This document shows positions 53,580 to 64,000 of a stretch of 64,000 bases of DNA, piece after piece. The stretch's first letter is position 1, and the number at the start of each line of letters is the position of its first letter. Origin of the DNA: Malacoraja senta (lineage: Eukaryota); the NCBI GenBank assembly GCA_038087875.1, contig CM075992.1:8186001-8250000 (forward strand), read 5' to 3'. Made by a program: the position numbers and the translations under genes. The notes under the pieces were generated by a model. It was given only the letters and a program-made list of their open reading frames with translations. It did not search any database and was not told the DNA's origin.

Positions 53580-53915
53580 GCTGCACTCTGACCCCTCTCA
53601 CAATGGCCACAAACTCTTTGAATCACTTCCCTCTGGAAGGCGACTCCGGACTGTCAAAGCTGCCACAGCCAGACATAAAAACAGCTTTTTTCCCCACGAG
53701 TAGCAGCTTTACTCAATAACCAAAAACCTGTAGTATCCTTCTGCTCTGGTATTTTATTTAATTCACATGGTTGATCGATAATGTTTTATTATTAATGTTT
53801 AATGTTTTATGTGTCATTCCTAACTGTATGTCATGTTGTCACTTGCAGGCGGAGCACCAAGGCAAATTCCTTGTATGTTAATATACTTGGCCAATAAACT
53901 TATTCATTCATTCAT
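53580..53915 (+). mobile_element. Rex1/Babar-like LINE 3' fragment
   Basis: DPSHNGHKLFESLPSGRRLRTVKAATARHKNSFF; (ATTC)n tail. Confidence 0.75.
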
Positions 53916-54428
53916 GGTTCCCTGAAAGCAGTGATCAGGTGGACAATGTGGTGAAGAAAGCATTTGCCTTCATTGGGAATAGACAGAGTGAATGAATGCA
54001 TAGTCCTTTTCCCAGGGTTGGGGAATCAAGATCTAAAGAGCATAGGTTTAAGGTGAAAGAGGAAATATTTTAAATGAACCTGAATGGGAGGGGGCAATTG
54101 TTTCATTCAGAGGATGGTGGGTATGTGGAATAATCTGCCAGAGGAAGTAGTTGAGGCAAGTACCATAACAACATTTGAAAGTCCTTTGGACGAACATGGA
54201 TAGGAAAGGCCAAGAGGGTTAGGGGTCAAATGTGGGTAAATGAGACTAGCTTATATAGGATGTCTTGTTCAGCATGGATGAATTGGGCCAAAGGATCTGT
54301 GTCTGTGCTCTATGACTACATGGCCTCCCTCTTAAGTTGGAACTGTGAGCACAGCTTCTAGATTTGGCAACCAGGAAAACCCTGGTTGAAGCGCCTTGTT
54401 GAGTTCTTCAAGAACTGTGTACCTTTTA

Positions 54429-54889
54429 AGGGCCTGTCCCACTTGGCCGTCATTTGCGCGCCATTTACGTGACTTCCAAAAATGTGGTCGTCACGTTGTG
54501 ACGCACGGGTAGCATGTGGGTAGCGCAGGACGGGCGCATGCAGAGGCGTGGAGTAGTGTGGAGTTGCGCGCGGTATCGCGCGGCACTCCAGGATTTCATG
54601 CTGCACTAAATCCTCGCGCGCCACCTGCGCATTAGGTACGCACGCTGACGCATTGGCGTCGCATGCTGGCGTCCCGACATCTCACGTGTATCACGTGGTG
54701 ACGCATGGTTACGTCACCATGCGTAACCATGCGTCACCGCGCGCCGCAGGGTATTCTAATGACGTCACGCGCACCAGACGGCATGATGACGCGTGATTTG
54801 CGCGCAACGTCGTGCGTAACGACGCATCGACCTATTTTACATATGACGCGTAAATGAGGCGCAAATGACGGCCAAGTGGGACAGGCCCT
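54429..54889. mobile_element. CpG-rich MITE sharing termini with the Harbinger-like MITEs
   Basis: About 31-bp perfect TIR AGGGCCTGTCCCACTTGGCCGTCATTTGCGC; interior unrelated to the 313-bp copies. Confidence 0.85.
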
Positions 54890-57103
54890 TAAATGACATC
54901 GCCTTGCGTTCTTCAAAACTCTTGGGAATACAGCCCTCTGTCAAATTAGTGAATGTTCATTGAACTCCCTGGACAATAAGAATAACTTTTACTCAGGAAA
55001 GGAACCTAAAACGACACAATATTCTAGGTGTAGTATTACCAACACCGTGTTATGAACATTTCGTTCTGTAGAGAAGAGGAAAGGAACAGTGGAAAATGAT
55101 GGGAAACAACATGTTCATCCCAATCATGCAACATTTCTGTGACTTTTACATAAACTGTTAAGTGTTCAAACAATGATTTGCTGTAGTAAAAGTGGAAATT
55201 AGTTTCGCATTTCCTTAACAAATTAGCCCAAAGCTCTTATCTGAAGGACAATGTACAAACATTTGAACAAAGAGGAAGAGAGGTTGGCATGGATTCAGCA
55301 GCTAATTGTTATCTGTTGCAAGCAGCTATTGCCAGCTGCTCAAAATTAAACAAAATTGAGAGAAACAATCAGACCTTGACGATAAATAAGAATATCCATG
55401 TAATCAATGAAGGGAAATTAATTTTAAAGAAACATAAAATGCTGGAAAGGCAGCATGTTAAATATATATCATTAGATCTCTCATCAAAACTGGAAAATTG
55501 GTTTAGTTCAGTTGAGAGATACAGCATGGAAACAGGTCCATGCCGACCATTGATCACCCGATCTCACAAGTTCTATGTTATCCACTCGCCGAACCCATGC
55601 AGTCACAGGGGGGAATGTGGCAACTCCACACAGACAGGACCTTAGATCAGGAGCAAACCCGGGTCTCTGGCGCTGTGAGGTAGCAAGTCTAGCAGCCGTA
55701 GTTGTTGAACTTGAAGGTGAACAGACTCTGAGCAAATTGAGAATTGGGGGAGGAGGGGAAGAGTTCAGTCATGGGGGAGGACAGAAAAAGGACAGTGAAA
55801 CAGTCAACATCTCAACCAAAGATAAGCACAAAATGCAGGAGTAACTCAGCACGTTAAGCAGCATCGCGGGAGAAAAGTAGGTGACGTTTCGGGTCGGAAC
55901 CCTTCTTCATTCCGACACGAAACGTCACCTTTTCCTTCTCTCCAGAGATGCTGCCTGACCCGCTGAGTCACTCCGGCATTTTGTGCCTATCATCGATGTA
56001 AACCAGCATCTGCAGTTCCTTTCTAAACATCTCATCCAAGACTTTGTGATGCAAGTATCTGCCACAACCTCGATGCGACACCAGTTTGCAAATAGTTTGG
56101 AAAAAGCTGTCAACTGAAATTAAACATCACTTCTGGAGGAGATAAAATCTCTGCTGAATACTAAAATATGGCAGTGGTGATTCTGACATTAATTCATGAC
56201 ATCATCTCCCTCTTGAGGGAAAATAATGACATCCCAGGGGATCACAGCCACCTTACTAATCGTGGCCTTCAAGATAGGAGACGAAGCCGCTGCAGTAATT
56301 GCAGAGTGTGTCCGTATTGACACAGCAAAAAAAATATTTCAAGGATCTGACTCAACTCCCTTGGCTACTAGGTTCCTCCTGCCCTTACATTGCAGATTTT
56401 ACCTGCAAGAGGCTAAATAGGCAACAAATTCAAGCAAAGTGCTGGGAGCAGCATCAACCATGTGAGCTCTGGAGCAGAGCAAATCCAAGCTAGGACTTCA
56501 CAAAAGTACTGTCAACAGAGAATACAAGATCTTTTTCAAAATCAGCTCTCCCTAAAAATCCATCATGGATCACACACTAGGGAACAATGTAATTTTACAG
56601 AAGCCAATTAACCGACAAACCTGTACGTCTTTGTATGGGAGGAAACTGGAGCGCCCAGAGAAAACCCTCGCGGTCACAGGAAGAACGTACAAACTTCGTA
56701 CAGACAGCACCTGTGGTCAGGATCGAACCAGTATATCTGGCGCTTTAAGACAGCAACTCTAATGCTGCAGCACTGTTCTGTCTGTACAGAGTTTGTACAT
56801 TCTCCCTGTGACCGCGTGGGTTTTCTCCGGATGCTCTGATTTCCTCCCACACTCCAAAGACATACAGGTTTCTGGGTAAATTGTCTTTGGTAACAATTGT
56901 AAATAGTCCCTAGTGTGTAGGATAGTGTGAGTGTATGGGGTGATCGCTGGTCAGCGTGGACTCCGTGGGCCAAAGGGCCAGTTTCCGTGCTGTATCGGTA
57001 AAGTAAAGTAAGAATTGGACAGAAAACCATTCCAATTATTTAAAAACTCTACGGGTATATTACGATGGGAAACTCAGCACAGTGTACACAGTTACAATCT
57101 TAC

Positions 57104-57269
57104 CCTGGCATGTTGGTGGATAGTGGCTGCCGACCCTCAGAGGCAGCAGTCGTGTAAGACGAGGGACTGTATGTCCCAGTGGAGTTAACTGTGGGAAATG
57201 CTTTCCTCAACAATCGACCCCAAGTGGCAATGTTGATATTCATCTGAGGAGCTCGAAGAAAAGTCTTCC
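57104..57269 (-). CDS. PKN1: PKN exon: (G)KTFLRAPQMNINIATWGRLLRKAFPTVNSTGTYSP...TNMP(G)
   Basis: ttttag|GG acceptor and GG|gtaag donor; 166 bp, phase 1 to 2; contains the PKN-family GKTFLRAPQMNINIATWGRL motif; inside ORF 57100..57318. Confidence 0.93.
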
Positions 57270-57379
57270 CTAAAACACAATTAGGCAGAGAGTTAGTGGA
57301 ATTGAAGAGCAGGTACATTTACCACGGCAAACAGTTCGGCAAGAATGGATTTCACTCCAAAATATACCCACCAGCAAAG

Positions 57380-58890
57380 CAGAATAGTGGGAACTATAGG
57401 TCGGTTAGTCTGACTTTGGTGGTTAGTAAGATTTTAGAGTCCATTTTAAAGGATGAGGTTACGGAGTACTTCGACGTTCACCATAATATAGGCCAAAGTT
57501 AGCATGGCTTTGTGAAGGGGAGGTCTTGTCTGACAAATTTGCTGCATTTCTTTGAAGAAGTAAATAGCAGGACAAAGGAGAGGCAGTAGATGTTGTTTAC
57601 CTGGATTTTCAGAAAGCCTTTGATTAGGTGCCACACGGGAGGCTGCTAAGGAAGATGAGAGCCCATGGTATCAAAGGGCAGATACTTGCATGGATAGCAG
57701 GTTCGCTGAATGGCAGAAGACAAAGAGTGGCAATAAAGGGGATTTTTCTGGTTGGCTGCCAGTGACTAGCGGAGTTCCGCAGGACTCGGTGCTGGGGCCG
57801 CTGCTCTTCACTTTGTATATAAAAAACTTGGCTGAGGGGATTGAAGGCTTTGTGGCCAAGTTTGTGGATGATACAAAAATAGGGCGGATGGGGCAGAGAG
57901 TGTAGAGAAAGCAAGGACTCTGCAGAAGGATTTGGACAGGTTGGGAGAGAGGGCAGAGAAGTGGCAGATGGAATATAGTGTAGCAAAGTGTGGAGTCATG
58001 CATTTTGGTAACAGGAATAAAGGCATAGATTATTTTCTAAATGGGGAAAGAATCCAGATATCGGAGGTGTAAAGGGACTTGGGAGTGCTGGTGCAGGTTC
58101 CCAAAAAGTTCATCTGAATTGATAGTAAATAAAGCAAATGCAATGCTCGCATTTATTTTGAGGGGGCTTGTATACAAAAACAGGGGTGTCATGCTGAAGC
58201 TCTAAAGTGCTGGTCAGGTCACATTTGGAGTATTGAGAGCAATTTTGTGCACCATATTTGAGGAAGGATATGGGGGGAAAAAAAGCAGGAATGGGGTACA
58301 GATTATAGATGATCAGCCATGATCATATCGAATGGCAGTGCTGGCTCGAAGGGCCGAACGGACTACTCATGCACCTATTTTTCTATGGATGTGCTGACTC
58401 TGGAGAGGGTCCAGACGAGGTTTACAAGAATGATCCCAGAAATAAGAAGGTTAACATATGATGAGCGTTTGACGGCACTGGGCCTATGCTCCCTGGGTTT
58501 AGAAGAATGAGGGGGGACCTCATTGAAACGTATAGAATAGTGAAAGGCTTGGATAGATTGGATGTGGAGAGGTTGTGTACACAAATGCAAGAGTCTCGGA
58601 CTAGGTCATAGTCTCAGAATTAAAGGACGTCTTTTAGGAAGGAGGTGAGGAGGAATTTCTTCAGTCAGATGGTGGTGAATTTGTGGAATTCTTTGCCACA
58701 GAAGGCTGTGGAGGCCATCAGTGGATATTATTAAGGCAGAGATAGATAGATTCTTGGTTCGTACAGGTGTCCGAGGTTATGGGGAGAAGGCAGGAGAATG
58801 GGGCTAGGAGGGCGAGATAGATCAGCCATGATTGAAAGGCGGAGTAGACTTGATTTGCTGAATGGCCTAATTATGCTCCTATCACTTACG
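57380..58890 (+). mobile_element. CR1 LINE fragment covering most of the RT domain, degenerate
   Basis: GNYRSVSLTLVVSKILES, SGVPQDSVLGPLLF and KFVDDTK, with stops and frameshifts, followed by the 3' UTR. Confidence 0.9.
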
Positions 58891-60790
58891 ATCGGAGCTC
58901 TCAAAACTCATCTCAACCACTGCTCTAATACATATCTGTATATCCACCCGTTTCACAAGTACATGAGTGTTGTTAACAACTTAGGCCAAGAGATCTATGT
59001 TGTCAGGATTGCTGATGACGCTGAGATGATATTGTAAAAGTGTAGGTGTGAGCAGAAAGTTGCAAAGGGACACAGATAGATTAGGCAAGTGGGAAAAGTT
59101 GACATTTAATGGTGGAAAACAAGTTGGAGTGATGCTTCAAAATTTCTTCATGGAGATAGAATTCTGAAAGAGCAGATACATTTATGGTTTCATGATAAGC
59201 TGGTGGACAGGTATTACTTGTATTGAAGCATTTCCAAGCTTCTGCGCAGAAACGACATCAGGAAAAATCTGACATCGAGCCACAGAAAGAACTGTTAGGA
59301 CAAATGGATAAAAGTGTTCATGAAGAACACAGGAAAGAAGGATAAAGCATCAGGAATTGAGGAGAAACTTATTTAGCCAGAGGATGGTGAAACTGTAGAA
59401 TGCATTATCGCAGGTGGCTGTGGAGATCACGCCATCGTGTATTTATAAAGCGGAGATTGATAGGTTCTTGATTAGTAAGGGCGTTAATGATTGCGAGAAG
59501 GCAGGAGAATGGGGTTGAAAGGAAACTGTACATCAGCCATGATCGAATGGTGGAGTAGGCTCGATGGGCCGAATGGCCTAAATCTGCTCGTATGTCTTGT
59601 GGTTGGAGCTGAGGGTCTTGTTCGCTGCGTGAAGTAAAAATAGGGAAACGCCAGAAATCAGGAGTGCAACAGAAGCCACAATTGGAAAAGCTTGGACACT
59701 ATGTGGAATAGAGTCATAGAATGATACAGTGTAGAAACAGGCCCTTCAGACCAACTTGCCCACACCGGCCAACATGTTCTAGCTACACTAGTCCCACCTG
59801 CACCCGTTTGCTCTATATCCCTCCAAATCTATCCTATTCATGTACCTGTCTAATTGTTTCTTAAATGTTGGGATAGTCCGTGCCTCAACTACCTCCTCTG
59901 GCAGCTTGTTCCATACCCTTTGTGTGAAAAAGTTACCCCTCAGATTCCTATTAAATCTTTTCCCCTTCACCTTAATGTCCTCCAGTCCTCGATTCACCTA
60001 CTCTTGGCAAGAGACTCTGTGCATCTACCTGATCTAATCCTCTCATGGGGAGAATAGGGAGATGCAATCCCCAAGGGATTTCAACAAAAGGATGATAATT
60101 TATAAATCAAGATCGTAAATCTATAGGAATGCCCTTTGCCTCCAGAAGACAGGAGTACAAATGGATTGTAGATACGTTATAGTTATATAGAGCTCTGGGT
60201 CGACAGCGTTTTAATTATACACAAGGAGTTCAAGACACATATTGAGTTTTAAAGAGTCGTCATATAGGATCTATAAAATATATAAAATGAGTACATTATA
60301 TTTTGGTTGTGGAGGCCAATGGATATTTTTAAGGTAGAGATTGATAAGTTCTTGATTAGTAAGGTTGATACGCGTTATGGGGAGAAAGCAGGAGAATAGG
60401 GTTGTGATGCAAATCATGCCATGATCAGCCATGATCTAGGGGCTGGTGGAATCAAGGGATATGGGGAGAAGGCAGGCACGGGTTATTGATTGGGTACGAT
60501 CAGCCATGATCACAATGAATGATGGTGCTGGCTCGAAAGGCCGAATGGCCTCCTCCTGCACCTATTTTCTATGTTTCAATGACTGAATGGTGAAGTAGAC
60601 GTGATGGGTCGAATTCTTTTTCGCTTTTGAATTAAATGTAGCATTAAAAAGATGAATGGTTTTCAAATTAACCCTGTTCAGAACATTTTAACTTGGACAT
60701 TGTTAATGGGATGAAAACTCAACATCGAATGCAACAAAATCAGCAGAGGAACAGCCTGATGAGACTGACACTGAAACAAATTTGCTTTAC

Positions 60791-60866
60791 CTTGCTGTTT
60801 GGAGAAGATCTTCTTCTGTCGACGCAGCTTGGTTATTCTTTCAATCACTGGGTTGGAGAAAGTGAC
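60791..60866 (-). CDS. PKN1: PKN coding exon (first in window): [25 protein letters not shown](G)
   Basis: ttggcag|GTC acceptor and G|gtaaag donor; 76 bp, phase 0 to 1; recalls PKN1 [26 protein letters not shown]. Upstream exons lie beyond the window. Confidence 0.93.
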
Positions 60867-61215
60867 CTGCCAAATAACAATTGATAGCAGAGTGTAGAAG
60901 CAGTTATAGTGCAGGAGGGCAGCACAGTGGTAGAGTTGCTGCCTTATAATAGACAATAGACAATAGGTGCAGGAGTAGGCCATTCGGCCCTTCGAGCCAG
61001 CACCGCCATTCAATGTGATCATGGCTGATCATCCCCAATCAGTACCCCGATCCTGCCTTCCCATATCCCCTGACTCCGCTATCTTTAAGAACCCTATCTA
61101 GCTCTCTCTTGAAAGTATCCATAGATCCGGCCTCCACCGCCCTCTGAGGCAGAGAATTCCACACTCACAACTCTCTGTGTGAAAAAGTGTTTCCTCATCT
61201 CCGTTCTAAATGGTT

Positions 61216-62889
61216 TAGATTAGATTAGATTAGATAGCCCTTTATTGTCATTCAGACCGAAGTCTGAACAAAATTGCAACAGTCATACATAAAACAACAA
61301 TAAACACATATTAACATCCACTAGGGGCGCCGCATTGACGGCAGCCACTGCCTACAGCCTGATTGTCTTTTCAATCTTTTTATTTTTTATTTTTAGTTAG
61401 TTTAAAGTCTGTTTTGGGGGGAAACTTTAACTTTTCTATGTGGGGGAGGGGGGTAGGGTAAGGGGGAAACTGTTTCCCAGTCGCTTCCTGGCGGGGACGC
61501 GACTATTTCTCCAAGTCGCGTCCTCGCCCCCCTCCTCGTGGCCTACCACCTGGATCGGAGCGGCCTTTCCTGCCGGGGGCCGGGAACCGGACCAGAGCTG
61601 CAACAGCGGCGGCGCAGCGCTGAATTCACCGCGGAGCGGGCGATGCCGACCTGGATCGCGGTTTGGAGCTCCGGAGCGTTGGGCCGCTGCTCCAACATCG
61701 TGGAGCTGCGGTATGGGAGAGCTTCCAGCGTGGCCGGTGCTGAACAACATTGCGGAGTCCTGGGGCCCTTTACCGAGGGCCGCCAACGTTGAATCTCCGC
61801 CCAGCGCGGCCTGCGGACTTTGGGAGCCGCGGACTCCAGTAGGAGGTGGCCGACTCTGATGTCCAGGCCGCTGAGGACCCCAGCCCCGACGTCGGACTTA
61901 CATCACCCCGGCGAGCGGGCCTGAACATCGGGCCGCCCGTAGCGGCGACTGCGGTGGGCTCGGGGAGGCCCCGACCACGGGTGAACATTGGGGAACATTA
62001 GAGGAAGATGACTGACTTTGGTGCCTTCCCTCACAGTGGCTAACTTTGATTCTGCTGTGTGGGGATGTTTTATGTTGAACTCTATCGTGTGTTGTGTTCT
62101 TTATTTTAATTGTATGGCTGTATGGTGACCACACATTTCACTGTGCCAACTGGCACATGTGACAATAAATGTATCTTGTATCCACCACAGTGAGTCCACC
62201 CAGCATCTCCTCACTGTGATGGAGGCAAAAGTCTTAGGTCTGCAGTCTCTTCCCTCCTCTTCTCCCTCTGCGCTGAGGCGATACCCCCCGGGCGATGTTT
62301 CCCGCGGCTCAAACACCGCGGCCCGGGGTGGTCGAAGCTGCCGCCCACCAGTCCTGCAAACGCAGCCGCTGGCCCGCGGCCGAACCCCGGACTCAGGCCA
62401 CCACCGCCAGAACACCGTCCCAGCCACTCTCACGTGAGTACCGTGCCGTCTTCAGCCTCGGGCTGGGCCGCCCCGACATGGGCGCCGAACCTCCCCCGGG
62501 CCGGGCCGCCCCGACATGGGCGTCGCTTCTCCCTCGGGCCGGGCCGCCCTGACTTGGGCGCTCACGGGAGCACTGTTCCAGCCCTGAGCCGGATCACCCT
62601 CACGGGAGCGAGCTTAGGGCGAGTCCTGACGGGCTCTGCCTCCGGAGCCTCGAGGTCGCCACCTCCATTAGGCCTCAGCGCAGACGGAGGCAGAGAAGGG
62701 GAATACGACAAAAAGTCGCATTCCCCCGCAGGGAGAGACTGCAAACCCCGTTACAACCCCCCACCCCCCCAAAACACAAACTAAAAACCAAAAACTAGAC
62801 TAACCAAAACGAAATAAACAACACAAAAAACACAAACAAACAGGACTGCCGATGAGCCGCTGCAGCCAGTGCCGCGCCGCCACTTCCGG
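61216..62889 (-). mobile_element. GC-rich non-autonomous retroposon (element B) nested in a CR1 3' end
   Basis: Starts CCGGAAGTGGCGGCG at 62889 and ends AATAAA...(CTAAT)n near 61216; the CR1 sequence continues on both sides. Confidence 0.7.
61322..62179 (+). mobile_element. GC-rich non-autonomous retroposon (element A) nested in element B
   Basis: TSD ATCCAC at 61316-61321 and 62180-62185; tail TTTCACTGTG...GTGACAATAAA resembles the Rex1-like fragments. Confidence 0.75.
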
Positions 62890-64000
62890 AGTAATTCCCC
62901 TTATTCTTAAACTGTGGCCCCTGGTTCTGGACTCCCCCAACATCGGGAACATGTTTCCCACCTCTAATGTGTCCAAACCCTTAATAATCTTATATGTTTC
63001 AATAAGATCCCCTCTCATCCGTCTAAACTCCAGTGTGTACAAGCCCTGCCGCTCCATTCTCTCAGCATATGACAGTCCCGCCATCCCGGGAATTAACCTT
63101 GTAAACCTACGCTGCACCTACAGCACCAGAGACCCACCTACGATCCTGACTATGGGTGGTTTCTGTATTGAGTTTGCACGTCCTCCCTGATTTTTCTCTG
63201 GGTGTTCTGGTTTCCAAAGACGTACAGGTTTATAAGTATAAGAAAGAACTGCAGATGCTGGAAAAATCAAAGGTAGACAAAAATGCTGGAGAAACTCAGC
63301 GGGTGAGGCAGCATTTATGGAGCGAAGGAATGGGTGATGTTTTGGGTCGAGACCGGAAACGTCACCTATTTCCTTTGCTCCATTGAGCTGCCTCACCCGC
63401 TGAGTTTCTCCAGCACTTTTGTCTACCTTCAGGTTGATGAGTTAATCAGCTTCAGTAATATTGTAAATTGTCCCCAGTGTGTAGGATAGTGGAGGTGTAC
63501 GGGGCGATTGCTGGTCGGCATGGACTCGGTGGCCGAAGGGCCTGTTTCCAAGCTGTATCTATAAAGTCTAAAGTAAAGAATCAATCTTTCAATCATTTGA
63601 GCACTGGAGCTGGTTGCTGTTCAACTCTGGGGTCACATTTCCAAACCAACATCCATGTGTTTCCCTACTTAACCCTCATTCATTTACGTATTAACACTGA
63701 AGAAGACTGTGTTCCCAATCAAACACTTCAGGGATGCCAAGGAAATCCAAAAATCTGAACTCTGATGAATTTGAGTTTGAAGAAGGGTCCCGATTCAAAA
63801 TGTCACCCATCCATGCTTTCCAGAGATGCTGCCTGACACTCTGAATTACTCCGGAACTTTGTGTTCTTTTGTATATTAACCAGCCGTTCCTCGTTTCTAC
63901 CTTGTGTACATGGTGTGTGAGAGGTTGCTACCCTGTTTGGATCTCTGAAGGGGGCTGCTTCTTAACTTTTGGCTGCATTTCAGGGTTTTTTTTGTAAACC

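Noticed and set aside
61436..62784. GC-rich ORFs and apparent CpG-island promoter
   Set aside because: Lie inside nested retroposons A and B; no recognisable protein, and the PKN1 promoter must lie beyond the window.

Overview
Vertebrate genomic DNA, almost certainly an elasmobranch (skate or ray), inferred from the HE1/V-SINE and CR1 repeat landscape. The only host gene supported is the 3' part of a protein kinase N gene, most likely PKN1, on the minus strand. It has 13 coding exons from 60866 down to the stop at 11243, all with GT-AG introns and consistent phases, covering the end of the C2-like region, the linker, the AGC kinase domain and the C-tail. The rest is intron or downstream sequence filled with tRNA-derived SINEs, CR1, Rex1/Babar-like and L1-like LINE fragments, Penelope-like remnants, a broken Tc1 transposon, hAT and Harbinger-like MITEs and microsatellites. 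The most interesting signal is a 139-bp retroposon (871-1009, minus strand, 11-bp target-site duplication, (GAA)n tail). Its first nucleotide is the G1 of a complete minimal HDV/CPEB3-like ribozyme fold, suggesting a promoter-less, ribozyme-headed SINE. Secondary signals are (1) many minimal hammerhead ribozyme motifs in Penelope-derived hairpin insertions with their own TSDs, (2) three divergent GC-rich non-autonomous retroposons sharing a covarying hairpin, (3) multi-layer nested insertions and (4) a locally templated 25-nt insertion. All calls are by eye, without database searches.
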